Assembly: GCA_046760505.1 (NCBI GenBank)
Contig: JBHIEG010000005.1
Coordinates: 21,868-85,867 of the forward strand
Length of the DNA stretch: 64,000 bases
Source: Candidatus Hydrothermarchaeota archaeon
GTDB lineage: Archaea > CAYFZR01
Direction of reading: 5' to 3'
In this document: positions 30,331 through 40,356 of the stretch, one piece after another
How the letters are laid out: every line of letters begins with the position of its first letter
Position numbering within the stretch: position 1 is the first letter of the stretch
The notes under the pieces: model-generated
Told to the model about the DNA's origin: nothing
The model's input: the letters and a program-made list of their open reading frames with translations, nothing else
The model's database searches: none
Program-made: the position numbers and the translations under genes

Positions 30331-31057
30331 ACCCGAATATTTAGTGAAGGACGGCATAAGATTAGATGGCAGGAGATTGGATGAACTGAGACCGCTCAGC
30401 ATAGAGGCAGGCATCTTAAAAAGAGCGGATGGATCCGCTTACGTTACATTAGGGAACAACAAGATAATTGCAGCCGTCTATGGTCCGAGGGAGGTCCATC
30501 CCAGACATCTCCAAAAGTTGGACACTGCGATAGTAAGGTGTAGGTACAACATGGCTCCATTTTCCGTAAGGGAAAGAAAAAGACCGGGTCCGGATAGAAG
30601 GTCTGTTGAGATATCAAAGGTTATCAGAGAAGCGCTGGAGCCAGCGTTATTCGTTGAAGATTTTCCCAGGACTAGCATAGATATATTTATTGAAGTACTA
30701 GAATCCGACGCCGGTACAAGATGTATGGGTATTACCGCTGCTTCCGTAGCCCTGGCCGATGCAGGAGTACCTATGAAAGACCTTGTATCCGGTGTTTCTG
30801 TTGGCAAGATAGACGGAAACATCGCCTTGGATCTGAACGGAATAGAGGATAACTACGGAGAAGCAGATATGCCGGTCGCAATAATGTCCAAAAAGGAGGA
30901 AATAACGCTTCTCCAGATGGATGGTCATCTAACAGAAGAAGAATTTAAAGAAGGTCTAAAAAAGGCAATAAGCGTATGTAAAGAAATTTATAAAGAGCAA
31001 AGAAACGCATTGAAGAGAAAATATGCGCCTAGGGTAGGAGGAAATAAAAATGACTGA
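30323..31057 (+). CDS. rrp41: exosome subunit Rrp41
   Basis: [43 protein letters not shown]. Confidence 0.97.
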   Translation: MDKPEYLVKDGIRLDGRRLDELRPLSIEAGILKRADGSAYVTLGNNKIIAAVYGPREVHPRHLQKLDTAIVRCRYNMAPFSVRERKRPGPDRRSVEISKVIREALEPALFVEDFPRTSIDIFIEVLESDAGTRCMGITAASVALADAGVPMKDLVSGVSVGKIDGNIALDLNGIEDNYGEADMPVAIMSKKEEITLLQMDGHLTEEEFKEGLKKAISVCKEIYKEQRNALKRKYAPRVGGNKND

Positions 31058-31850
31058 AGTGGTGGCTGAGATAAAAAAAGATTACATACACAACCTTGTT
31101 AAAAACAATAAAAGGATTGATGGACGACATTTTGAAGAATATAGAGAAATAAGCATAGAAACAGGAATCATCTCCCATGCAAATGGTTCTGCCCTTGTAA
31201 AAATAGGGAATACTCAGGTGATAGTGGGAATTAAGGCAGAAATTGGGGAACCCTTTTCAGACACCCCAGACAAGGGAGTACTTACAACAAATGTAGAGCT
31301 GGTTCCTCTAGCGAGCCCAACATTTGAGCCCGGCCCCCCAGATGAAAATTCAATTGAAATAGCAAGAGTTGTGGATAGAGGAATTCGAGAAGGTAAAATG
31401 ATAGATCTAGATAACCTCTGCATCATCGAAGGAAAAAAGGTGTGGGTGATATTTATAGATGTTCACGTCCTAGATCATGACGGAAATTTAATAGATGCTT
31501 CTGCACTAGGGGCTGTTGCTGCCTTATTAAACTCGAAAATTCCTAAGGTTGAGGTTGTTAACGACGAGGTTATAATAAACGAAAAGGAACTTATACCCTT
31601 GCCTATAAATTCCGTGCCGGTTTACTGTACCATGGGGAAGATCGACGACAAGCTTATAGTAGATCCCGTGCTTGATGAGGAGATGGTCATGTCAGGTAGA
31701 TTGACCTTTGTTTTGCTAGAGGATAACACAATATGCGCCATGCAAAAAGGAGAAAATGAAACATTTAAATTGGAAGAGGTATTCTCAGCACTGGAAAAAG
31801 CAAAGAAAAACGCATCCAAGATCAGATCAATGCTGAGGGGGGTAATATGA
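31050..31850 (+). CDS. rrp42: exosome subunit Rrp42
   Basis: [30 protein letters not shown]. Confidence 0.97.
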   Translation: MTEVVAEIKKDYIHNLVKNNKRIDGRHFEEYREISIETGIISHANGSALVKIGNTQVIVGIKAEIGEPFSDTPDKGVLTTNVELVPLASPTFEPGPPDENSIEIARVVDRGIREGKMIDLDNLCIIEGKKVWVIFIDVHVLDHDGNLIDASALGAVAALLNSKIPKVEVVNDEVIINEKELIPLPINSVPVYCTMGKIDDKLIVDPVLDEEMVMSGRLTFVLLEDNTICAMQKGENETFKLEEVFSALEKAKKNASKIRSMLRGVI

Positions 31851-32107
31851 CAAAGAAAGTGGGACCAACAGGACGTTTTGGGCCAAGATACGGTAGGAGA
31901 CTCAGAAAACTGGTGGCAGATATTGAAAGAAAGTCTAAGGTCAAGCATAAATGTGTAAAATGCGGAGAAACTGTGTTAAAGCGAACAGGGACTGGTATAT
32001 GGAAATGTAAAAAATGTGGAAGCGTAATGGCTGGGGGCGCATACACCCCAACTACGCCTGGAGGAGATGAGGTAGAGAGGGTAATCAAACGTATGGAAGG
32101 AGAGTAA
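31847..32107 (+). CDS. rpl37ae: 50S ribosomal protein L37Ae (eL43)
   Basis: GRFGPRYG, CVKC...GIWKCKKC, GGAY. Confidence 0.97.
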   Translation: MTKKVGPTGRFGPRYGRRLRKLVADIERKSKVKHKCVKCGETVLKRTGTGIWKCKKCGSVMAGGAYTPTTPGGDEVERVIKRMEGE

Positions 32108-32108
32108 G

Positions 32109-32258
32109 ATGTATAAATGTGCGAATCCAGATTGCAACAGGGAAATATTGGATATTGAAGAAAAAACTGGACTTATTGGAGTAAGATGCCCATACTGCGG
32201 CCACAGAATTATATTCAAAAAGAGGGCCCCCTTTAGAAAAAAGATTAGGGCAAGATAA
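32109..32258 (+). CDS. rpoP: RNA polymerase subunit P (Rpo12), 49 aa
   Basis: Below the ORF-track cutoff; MYKCANPDCNREILDIEEKTGLIGVRCPYCGHRIIFKKRAPFRKKIRAR in the conserved position. Confidence 0.92.
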   Translation: MYKCANPDCNREILDIEEKTGLIGVRCPYCGHRIIFKKRAPFRKKIRAR

Positions 32259-32731
32259 TGCTGATAACGAGTTCTCTTAATCCAAGCAGGAAGACGCGCC
32301 TTCTGTGCAGAGATCTCGAAAGAGCTATATGGAACGCCACTTACTTGCCGAGAGGAAAATTAAAACTTGAAGATATATTTCTGGAAGGAAAAAAACGCAA
32401 AAAAAAAGTAATATGCTTCATCAAGGAATTTGGAAAGAGACCGGGAGTTTTAGAGTTTACCGATACCGAAGGAAACATCATCTTAAAAATAAGGATCAGG
32501 GACATTTTATTCCAAAAGGATATTAGGAAGAAACCCAGTAGGATGATTCACCACATAAAGGTCTTGGATGCCTCCAAGAATGGTAGTAACAAAAAATTGG
32601 TAGAAAAACTTTCATCTGTCTTTGGTAAAGAGGGTGAACTGAAACTCTTGGTCGATCGGGAGAAGATGGGTTTCGTTTACAAAGGAAAAGAAATTGGTCC
32701 AAGATTATATATTCATTCGGTGGATATATGA
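32258..32731 (+). CDS. Brix/Imp4-like ribosome biogenesis protein
   Basis: MLITSSLNPSRKTR..CRDL, RGK, IGPRL; conserved position. Confidence 0.85.
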   Translation: MLITSSLNPSRKTRLLCRDLERAIWNATYLPRGKLKLEDIFLEGKKRKKKVICFIKEFGKRPGVLEFTDTEGNIILKIRIRDILFQKDIRKKPSRMIHHIKVLDASKNGSNKKLVEKLSSVFGKEGELKLLVDREKMGFVYKGKEIGPRLYIHSVDI

Positions 32732-33117
32732 GGAATGAAGTTGTCATCGAAATTCCATGCAATGAGCATATGTACGGTATCCTCAAAGAATCGTTAATTA
32801 GAGAGGTTGATCTTTCAAGAAAAAGACAAGAGGTAGATATAAATTATTGTGATGGATTACTAATAATAAATATAAGAACTCGAGATCTCCCTTCGTTAAG
32901 GGCAGGAGTAAACACTTATTTAAGGTTGGTGTTATTAATCCAACAGATTGCGAGGTGGTTAAATGAGTGCCGAGATTCCGCAGCATATAAGACATCAGAT
33001 AGCCCAACTTCAGCAGATGCAACAGCAAGCACAAGCAATAGTCAATCAAAGATATCAGATAGAACTACAACTAAAGGAAACAGAAAAAGCACTGGAAGAA
33101 CTCAACAAAAGTTCTGA
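32728..33117 (+). CDS. pcc1: Pcc1-family KEOPS subunit with C-terminal extension overlapping pfdB
   Basis: DLPSLRAGVNTYLRLV signature; conserved position before prefoldin beta. Confidence 0.8.
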   Translation: MRNEVVIEIPCNEHMYGILKESLIREVDLSRKRQEVDINYCDGLLIINIRTRDLPSLRAGVNTYLRLVLLIQQIARWLNECRDSAAYKTSDSPTSADATASTSNSQSKISDRTTTKGNRKSTGRTQQKF

Positions 33118-33328
33118 AGGAGCAACAGTTTATAAGGCGGTTGGCAGTATACTGATAAAATCTGAGAAAAATCTCCTTGAAGAGGAGTTGAATGAGAGGA
33201 AAGAGACCCTCGAACTCAAAGTTCAAACCCTTAAAAGACAAGAAGAAAGATTACAAACGAAGATACAGGAAAGACAGCAAAAACTTCAACAAGAACTTCA
33301 AGGATCTTCATTAGGAATGGCGGGATGA
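32963..33328 (+). CDS. pfdB: prefoldin subunit beta
   Basis: Coiled coils flanking VYKAVGSILIK; SD GAGGTG. Confidence 0.96.
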   Translation: MSAEIPQHIRHQIAQLQQMQQQAQAIVNQRYQIELQLKETEKALEELNKSSEGATVYKAVGSILIKSEKNLLEEELNERKETLELKVQTLKRQEERLQTKIQERQQKLQQELQGSSLGMAG

Positions 33329-34311
33329 AGGAATTAATAGAATACTTCGAAAAGAACAGAAATAAAAAATTTTTAATCCTTTCACACCATAATTCGGATG
33401 CAGATGCCATAAGTAGTAGCATCTGCTTGAGAGACATAATAAAAAAGAAGTATCCTGATTTTAACTGTTCAATAGGCGTGGCAAAGAGCGCAAACAAATT
33501 CGTTAGGGAACTTTTCGATGTGGATATAATTAGTAATCCAGATTTAGAAGAATACGACGAGATAATTGTTGTTGATACGGGAAGTATGGATCAACTTAGC
33601 CCTTTGAAGCCAGATAACTTCGTTTTGATTGATCATCATGTGGTACATCCTGATATGGTAAAGAAAAGTAAGATCCATCTCGTCGATCCAAATGCATCAT
33701 CTACAGCAGAGATCATATATGAACTATCCAAGGAGATGAACGTTTTCGACGAAAACATCTTAAAAAATATCGTAATCGGAATAATGGCGGATACTGGCCA
33801 TTTACGCTTTTCAACTCCAAGAACTCTTAAAAACTTGGCAGAGATCTTGGAAAAGACTAACTGCGAAATTGAAGATTACTTCAGGATTATGGATGGAAAA
33901 TTAGATGTCTCACAAAGGATAGCTCATATAAAGGCATCTAAGAGGGCAAAGATAACCAGAAATAACGATATCCTGATCGCAACTTCTTTCGTTAGTGCCT
34001 TCGAGTCTTCTGCCGCGAGAGCTCTTTTATCTCTAGGTGCAGACATAGCCTTCGTAGCCTCTAAAAAAGAGGACGAGATAAGAGTCAGTGGCAGGACTAC
34101 AGGTGAGATGATAAAGAGAGGAGTAAATCTTGCGGAGATTATGAAGGAAATAGGAGACTTAATAGAAGGAAGTGGTGGAGGGCACCCTGGCGCTGCGGGA
34201 GCAAACGGAGTTAAGGGAGAGATTGAAGGAATCTTGGATGCGTGCGTAAATCTAACTCTAAAACAGCTGGACCCAAAATCTATTGCTTCTGATAAAGTTC
34301 CTTCCTCCTAG
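33325..34311 (+). CDS. DHH/DHHA1 phosphoesterase (NrnA-like)
   Basis: HHNSDADA, DTG, DHH, GGGHPGAAG. Confidence 0.88.
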   Translation: MKELIEYFEKNRNKKFLILSHHNSDADAISSSICLRDIIKKKYPDFNCSIGVAKSANKFVRELFDVDIISNPDLEEYDEIIVVDTGSMDQLSPLKPDNFVLIDHHVVHPDMVKKSKIHLVDPNASSTAEIIYELSKEMNVFDENILKNIVIGIMADTGHLRFSTPRTLKNLAEILEKTNCEIEDYFRIMDGKLDVSQRIAHIKASKRAKITRNNDILIATSFVSAFESSAARALLSLGADIAFVASKKEDEIRVSGRTTGEMIKRGVNLAEIMKEIGDLIEGSGGGHPGAAGANGVKGEIEGILDACVNLTLKQLDPKSIASDKVPSS

Positions 34312-35140
34312 CCTCTAGTAGATCATTTTCCTGACCCAAGAATTCTGCTGCCGTTAAAATCCTTACATCTTGATCTTCCGCTGCCTCAAATACATTTTCT
34401 ATCCTTTTTTTCCATTCCAGATCTCTGAGGAAGTGATGATCAACTACGAAATCTTTTACGATGGTTTCGTTGATTATTTTTGTCATATTCTCAACTGATT
34501 TTTCCAGACTGAGTTTTGAGTAGCGGAAACCTAGCATATAAGTCATTGGTCCGTCTAGGAAAATTGTTCGGGGATTTTCTTGAATTATGAAGTTAGTTTG
34601 CTCATCAATGCTAGGACCTTCTACATCCGATGTAAAGAGAAAGCGATCTTCACCCTCTACTATTGACACCTCTGTTACATACCCCAACTTGCTGCTGGTC
34701 CCATGAAATACGGGAGCTGAGAATCTAATCTGAGTATCCCCAAACGTAAATTCTCTACCATCTGAATACTCTAAAGTTTTAGGCAAGCCCTCTATTTGAT
34801 CCAAAAAATATTTTGCCCTTTTTTTCTGGCTATAGTTTATATTCTGAGTAGGATGCTTGATGAGGGCGATCTTGTCGCGGTAAATCTCGGGTTCATTTGG
34901 ATCGTGGTGGTCATAGTGATAATGGGTTACCGCGAGAACATCTGACATCTCAGCGTATTTCTTAATTTCACTCCAGTGGGTGTTCATTCTTTCTATCTCT
35001 ATTGGATGGGGGGATAATCCGTATCTGGTCGGTGCCAATGAAACTCCTGGATCTAAAAGTATCTTAACATCTTCTGTCTCTACATAAGTGGCCATGCTTC
35101 TAGTTCCTAGGGAATCGAATGCAATTGGCAATATTTTCAT
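34280..35140 (-). CDS. metallo-beta-lactamase fold hydrolase (UPF0282-like)
   Basis: DSLGTRSMAT, THYHYDHH, SDVEGP, DHHFLRD, LEARR. Confidence 0.88.
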   Translation of the reverse strand: MKILPIAFDSLGTRSMATYVETEDVKILLDPGVSLAPTRYGLSPHPIEIERMNTHWSEIKKYAEMSDVLAVTHYHYDHHDPNEPEIYRDKIALIKHPTQNINYSQKKRAKYFLDQIEGLPKTLEYSDGREFTFGDTQIRFSAPVFHGTSSKLGYVTEVSIVEGEDRFLFTSDVEGPSIDEQTNFIIQENPRTIFLDGPMTYMLGFRYSKLSLEKSVENMTKIINETIVKDFVVDHHFLRDLEWKKRIENVFEAAEDQDVRILTAAEFLGQENDLLEARRKELYQKQ

Positions 35141-35146
35141 TTTTTA

Positions 35147-36238
35147 TCACCTCTTCAATCTAATGCTAACCACATCATTATCATGCAGAATATAATCCAA
35201 TCCTACTCTTTGCCCATCAAACTTTCCTGAGCCCCAGATCTGGGCGTACGAAAATCTTCTGACAAAGTCTCTGTGTAATTTTTCACAAACATCTCTAACT
35301 GTGGAACCCTCTTTCAATATCATGGGCTCTTCATAATCGACCTCTCCTCTTTGAGGTTTAAGGTAAACTCTTATAAATTTCAATTTTCTGTATATTTCAT
35401 CTACCAATATATCTACGTTCGTTCCATTAAGAGCAGAGATCGGTATGACCTCAGAATTAAACTCCGAGGAGATTTTCTCGACCTCTTCTTCATCCAGCAG
35501 ATCAATCTTATTCAGAGCCAGAATGCATGGAATGTAAACCCTGTTTCCCATAAGCGCGTCAATGAATCTATCTAAGGTTATGTCTTCTCTTATGGTGATC
35601 TCAGCATTGTGAATGCCGTACTCCCTCAATACTGCGAGAATAGTATTTTCTTCCAGTTCCTTAATTTTTCTTGAAAAATTTAATTTAATGCCGCCTTGTC
35701 CAAGTTTTTTTATCTTTACCTTAGGTGGTTCTTCGTTAATCCTAACACCAGTTTCATACAATTCTTTTTTTATGTTTTCAAACTGCTTTTTATCAAATGG
35801 ATCCAACATTATAAGTATTAGATCTGCATTCCTTATAACAGATATTACTTCTTTTCCCTTCCCTTTACCCTTAGAGGCCCCCTCTATGAGACCTGGAACA
35901 TCGAAAATCTGGATCATTGCGCCCTTATATTCTAGCATTCCGGGTATAACGTCCATCGTTGTGAATGCATAAGAATCAACCCTTGAATTTGCCTGAGTAA
36001 TCCTGTTCAGTAGGGTGGATTTTCCCACGGATGGATAGCCTACCAAGACAACGGTAGCGTCGCCGCTTTTCTTCACAGCAAACTTTTTTCCCTTTCTCTT
36101 TGATGACTTTTTTATCCTTTCTTCCTTTAATTTCGCGAGTTTTGCCTTTAATTTACCGACGTGGTGCTGAGTGGCTTTGTTATACGGTGTATTTTTGATT
36201 TCTTCCTCTATCTGTCTGATTTTCTCATCTACATCCAT
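35147..36238 (-). CDS. DRG/Rbg1-family GTPase with TGS domain
   Basis: TPYNKATQHH, GYPSVGKST, YAFTT, DVPGLIEGA, NKID. Confidence 0.95.
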   Translation of the reverse strand: MDVDEKIRQIEEEIKNTPYNKATQHHVGKLKAKLAKLKEERIKKSSKRKGKKFAVKKSGDATVVLVGYPSVGKSTLLNRITQANSRVDSYAFTTMDVIPGMLEYKGAMIQIFDVPGLIEGASKGKGKGKEVISVIRNADLILIMLDPFDKKQFENIKKELYETGVRINEEPPKVKIKKLGQGGIKLNFSRKIKELEENTILAVLREYGIHNAEITIREDITLDRFIDALMGNRVYIPCILALNKIDLLDEEEVEKISSEFNSEVIPISALNGTNVDILVDEIYRKLKFIRVYLKPQRGEVDYEEPMILKEGSTVRDVCEKLHRDFVRRFSYAQIWGSGKFDGQRVGLDYILHDNDVVSIRLKR

Positions 36239-36308
36239 AAGAAGAACACCGTTGATTTAGCCTCATCTTCATTGATTTATTAAAATGGGATAAACTTTAA
36301 ATGTTATC

Positions 36309-36686
36309 TTGCTCATCTCTCTGGTAATGGTGTGGGGCGAATATATCCTTTGGTTATATGAGGTAATCACCAGGTATGAAGTTTTGATTCTATTGATCGT
36401 TTTCATCCTATTAATCTTTGTTCTAAGGAGTACAATTAGGCAGAGAAGGTCCTTGAGAGAACTCGATGCAAACATCGAAAAAACGAATAAAAACATTGAA
36501 GACCTCAAATCACAACTAAAAGAAATTGCAGAATTGCAAAACAAGAACATAGAAATGTTACATGGTAAAATAGCAGCAATAAAATGTGTTTTAGATGAAA
36601 TGAAGGAAAAAAAGGAAGAACTAGAATTGGAAGCCTTAATAAACGATGCTATAGCCTTCAGAAATAGATTGTTCAATAGAAAATGA
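36309..36686 (+). CDS. hypothetical membrane-anchored coiled-coil protein
   Basis: Hydrophobic N-terminus followed by heptad repeats; start uncertain. Confidence 0.6.
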   Translation: MLISLVMVWGEYILWLYEVITRYEVLILLIVFILLIFVLRSTIRQRRSLRELDANIEKTNKNIEDLKSQLKEIAELQNKNIEMLHGKIAAIKCVLDEMKEKKEELELEALINDAIAFRNRLFNRK

Positions 36687-37856
36687 CTAATCTGAAAGAA
36701 AAATTTCCAATCCCGCTTTCCCTATAATTTTTATGACTTCAGGAGATCTTAAGAGACAAAAAATCAATTTGCCATGCCTGTCAAAATGAGATTCTTCCTT
36801 GATGATTTTCTGAATCTCATCGGACTCAAGCAATTCCAAAAGAGCATCAATTTTTTCATCATCCAACTTTCTGTACATTTTTCTGAATATTCTTCCCGCC
36901 TTTATTTCCCATCCAATCTCCTTTTCCCATCTTTTCTGGTATCTTTTTAGATTATTTTCTGAGAACTCCTTCATCTCAAATGATTCTTTCACGGTTTCGT
37001 ATGCGCATTCAGCGCACAGCATACCATAGTAAATCCCCCCTCCTGTGGTAGGTTTTACCTGACCTGCAGTATCTCCTACGAGGATAATTCTATCACCGTA
37101 TGTCTTCTTTCTAGGCTCTAGCGGTATCAGACCTGCGTTAACTTCAAAATATGAGGTTTTTATCCTGTTCCTCAATAAATCCGAGTTCAGAAGACTATCA
37201 AGGTATTTTTTTGGCGTTTCTCTGGCACACAGACCGATCCTAGCGATTCCTTCATAACTTGGAATGCACCATGCAAAGAACTCTGGGGCAATTTTTTTCC
37301 CTATATAAACCTCTACATCCTCTATCTCAGATGGGACTTCGTACTGTAAGCCAGAGATATATTCCTTTATCCTTGGAAAACCAAGTCTGTTAGCGAGTTC
37401 CGATCTTGATCCTTCGCATATCATGGCTATCTCAGATTTTATTTCGAATTTTTCATCCATTCTTCTTGCTATTATTTTTACAAAGTCCTTTTCTACCTCA
37501 ACGTTATAGCATCTTGTTTTTAATGATAATTCGCCTCCAGACCTCACATAATCCTTTCCAAGTTCTTTGTCAAAGATTTTTCTGTCAATTACATACGCAT
37601 TTGGTTTTAAATCTGCGTTAAAAGACTTTTTTGAGGGTGAATATACCTTTATTTTATCTATTTTTCGTAAAATGCTCTTTCTACTCAAAGAAAATCTTTC
37701 AAAGACCTCTTCGCCAACCAATCCTGCACACTGAACCGGAATCCCGATCTCCTGATCTTCTTCTAAAATCAATACGTCTAATCCCTCTTTTGAGAGAAGT
37801 TTACCAGCATATAAACCGATTGGTCCAGCGCCGATTATTACAACATCTTTTTCCAT
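36687..37856 (-). CDS. geranylgeranyl reductase family FAD oxidoreductase
   Basis: GAGPIG, PVQCAG, FAWCIP, GDTAGQVKPTTGGGI. Confidence 0.9.
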   Translation of the reverse strand: MEKDVVIIGAGPIGLYAGKLLSKEGLDVLILEEDQEIGIPVQCAGLVGEEVFERFSLSRKSILRKIDKIKVYSPSKKSFNADLKPNAYVIDRKIFDKELGKDYVRSGGELSLKTRCYNVEVEKDFVKIIARRMDEKFEIKSEIAMICEGSRSELANRLGFPRIKEYISGLQYEVPSEIEDVEVYIGKKIAPEFFAWCIPSYEGIARIGLCARETPKKYLDSLLNSDLLRNRIKTSYFEVNAGLIPLEPRKKTYGDRIILVGDTAGQVKPTTGGGIYYGMLCAECAYETVKESFEMKEFSENNLKRYQKRWEKEIGWEIKAGRIFRKMYRKLDDEKIDALLELLESDEIQKIIKEESHFDRHGKLIFCLLRSPEVIKIIGKAGLEIFLSD

Positions 37857-37934
37857 GTTAAAATTGCTCATATGGGATATTGTATTATCGAAAGCCTTAT
37901 ATCTCCTTCGAAGAAACTCTCTTCTGGTGTTCTC

Positions 37935-38093
37935 ATGAATATGCTTCTAGCGCTCACAGCAGGTCTCGTAATGGGAATAATAGAATCTATTTATCTCCAG
38001 AAGAAATCGAAATGGAACTCACAAACTGCTTGGTTTGTTGGTTTGATATCAGGAATTACAATATGGGGATTAATATTTGCTAAGTTTTTATGA
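37935..38093 (+). CDS. small two-TM hypothetical protein
   Basis: Two hydrophobic helices; ATG after GGTG; start uncertain (track gives 37872). Confidence 0.5.
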   Translation: MNMLLALTAGLVMGIIESIYLQKKSKWNSQTAWFVGLISGITIWGLIFAKFL

Positions 38094-38108
38094 TTTGGAG
38101 GACTTAAA

Positions 38109-38972
38109 CTGGATATCGATGAAAAAGCCTCCATAATTTCGATTGTAGTGAATATTTCCCTTACCATAATGAAGTTAATGGTAGGATTCTTTTCTGGGAG
38201 CCTAGGAATAATAGCAGACTCTTTACACTCTTTTTTAGACGCCATATCTTCTGTGCTAGCATATATCGGTATAAGGACAAGTAAAAAGCCCCCGGACGAA
38301 TCCCATCCTTATGGCCATGCAAAAGCCGAAACAGTAACCGGAGCAGGAATAACCGCTCTTTTGGCTTTGACCGCAACAATGATACTCTATGAGGCAATTA
38401 AGAGGCTATTCAAACCAGTAGAATTAAAAGTGGGAGTAATTGCCTTTTCAGCGGTGATTTTATCCATATTTATAAACGAGGCTTTGGCAAGGTATAAGTT
38501 TAACGTGGGGAGAGATGCTTTCAGCATCTCTCTAATAGCGGATGCTCAGCATTCTAGAGCCGATGTTTGGAGTTCTATAGCAGTATTATTTGGATTAATA
38601 GGATTTAAATTAGGATTTAATAAGGCAGATCCTGTTGCCGCTCTAGTCGTTGCATTTCTCATTTTAAAGAGCGGTCTGGGGATAGGCAAGGAGATAATAG
38701 ACGTGCTAATGGACGCAAGTCCTGGTGAAAGTGTAATTGATTGCATAAGAGAATCAGCGAATCGCATAGAGGGCGTGATAGAGTGCCATAATATAAGAGC
38801 GAGAAAAGTGGGAGACAACGTATTCGTAGATCTACATATAGAAGTAGATGGCTCATTAAGCGTGAAGGCTGGTCATGAAATTTCAAATAAGGTTGAAAAA
38901 GAGATTTCAAAGTGTTTGATTGGAGTTAAATCAGTTATGGTTCATGTAGAACCCTTAAAGGACAGGCATTAA
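38109..38972 (+). CDS. cation diffusion facilitator (FieF/CzcD-like) transporter
   Basis: ADSLHSFLD, HPYGHAKAE, ADAQHSRAD, VHVEP; start placed at an upstream CTG (see findings). Confidence 0.9.
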   Translation: MDIDEKASIISIVVNISLTIMKLMVGFFSGSLGIIADSLHSFLDAISSVLAYIGIRTSKKPPDESHPYGHAKAETVTGAGITALLALTATMILYEAIKRLFKPVELKVGVIAFSAVILSIFINEALARYKFNVGRDAFSISLIADAQHSRADVWSSIAVLFGLIGFKLGFNKADPVAALVVAFLILKSGLGIGKEIIDVLMDASPGESVIDCIRESANRIEGVIECHNIRARKVGDNVFVDLHIEVDGSLSVKAGHEISNKVEKEISKCLIGVKSVMVHVEPLKDRH

Positions 38973-39004
38973 TTTTCCTGCATCAATGCTCTACATTGGG
39001 GTGA

Positions 39005-40354
39005 TTACTCTATACTGTAATGGTATTCTCCGGTTAGGCACGCGATGCAGAGTTCATTCTCTGGAAGTCCTATGGAATTTATAAGACCCTCTATACTTAA
39101 ATAACCAAGACTATCTGCGTTTAAAAGTTTTCTAATCTCTTCCACCGTCTTAAATGATGCGATGAGCTCTTCTTTGGTGGCTATGTCTATTCCAAAGAAG
39201 CACGGACCTTTTATTGGAGGACAACCAATCCTCATATGGATTTCTTTTGCCCCAGCACTTCTAACCAGTTCGACTATTCTTTTTGACGTGGTCCCTCTTA
39301 CGATGCTATCATCAAGCAATACTATCGACTTACCTTTCAGCACTTTCTCCATGGGATTTAACTTAAGGTGTACCGCGTTTTCTCTGTGTTCTTGATAAGG
39401 CATGAGAAACGTTCTTCCAACGTATCTATTCTTTGTTAGTCCTAAGGCTAGTGGTATGCCAGATTCGTTTGAATATGCTATAGAAGCTGGAACTGCAGAC
39501 TCTGGGACCGGTACTACCAAATCAGCATCTACAGGATGTTCTCTAGCGAGCGTTCTCCCTATTTTCTCCCTAACCTGATAAACCAGCCTGTTTTCTACTA
39601 TAGAATCAGGCCTCGCAAAATAAACGAACTCAAACATGCAGTGTCTATGTATCCTTGAGTCGCATATTTTATAACATTCGAAGCCATCTGATATGTAAAC
39701 CAATTCCCCGGGAGATACATCTCTCTCATGGTTCGCGTTTAATATATCAAAGGCAACCGTTTCAGAAGCAGTCATGAAGGATGTTTTATTTCTACCCAAA
39801 GAAAGAGGTCTGAAACCTAAGGGGTCTCTAACGGATATAAGGTCTCCCTCAGATGTTAGTATGGTAAGGCAGTATGAGCCTTTAATGATTCGCATTATAT
39901 CTTCAAATGCACTCTCAAAATCATTGCCTTTTAAAAGTAACAATGCGCCAATCGCCTCGCTGTCACTTGTAGTAGAAAGTTTTACACCATTGGACTTGAG
40001 GTATGACTTTATTTCTTCAAAGTTCATTACGTGACCGTTGTGTCCTATAACGATGGAAAGGCTCTTTGATTCTAAGTAGAGGGGTTGTGCATTTTCCAAT
40101 GCAGATACTCCAGCAGTAGAATATCTTACATGACCAATACCAACGGTTCCCTTGAGAGTGCTCAAAAGTTCTCTGTTAAACACCTCACTCACAAGACCCA
40201 TTCCCTTGTAGAGATATAAACTTCCGTCAAAGGTTGCTATTCCTGCTGATTCCTGACCTCTGTGTTGCAATACATGTAAAGCCTCGTATATGGAGTTAGA
40301 TACTTCGGCACTTGAGTTTATACCGAATACGGCACATTTTTCACCTAAAAACAT
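39005..40354 (-). CDS. purF: amidophosphoribosyltransferase
   Basis: EKCAVFG, QHRGQESAG, GHVRYST, DDSIVRGTTS, CIAC. Confidence 0.97.
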   Translation of the reverse strand: MFLGEKCAVFGINSSAEVSNSIYEALHVLQHRGQESAGIATFDGSLYLYKGMGLVSEVFNRELLSTLKGTVGIGHVRYSTAGVSALENAQPLYLESKSLSIVIGHNGHVMNFEEIKSYLKSNGVKLSTTSDSEAIGALLLLKGNDFESAFEDIMRIIKGSYCLTILTSEGDLISVRDPLGFRPLSLGRNKTSFMTASETVAFDILNANHERDVSPGELVYISDGFECYKICDSRIHRHCMFEFVYFARPDSIVENRLVYQVREKIGRTLAREHPVDADLVVPVPESAVPASIAYSNESGIPLALGLTKNRYVGRTFLMPYQEHRENAVHLKLNPMEKVLKGKSIVLLDDSIVRGTTSKRIVELVRSAGAKEIHMRIGCPPIKGPCFFGIDIATKEELIASFKTVEEIRKLLNADSLGYLSIEGLINSIGLPENELCIACLTGEYHYSIE

Positions 40355-40356
40355 CT

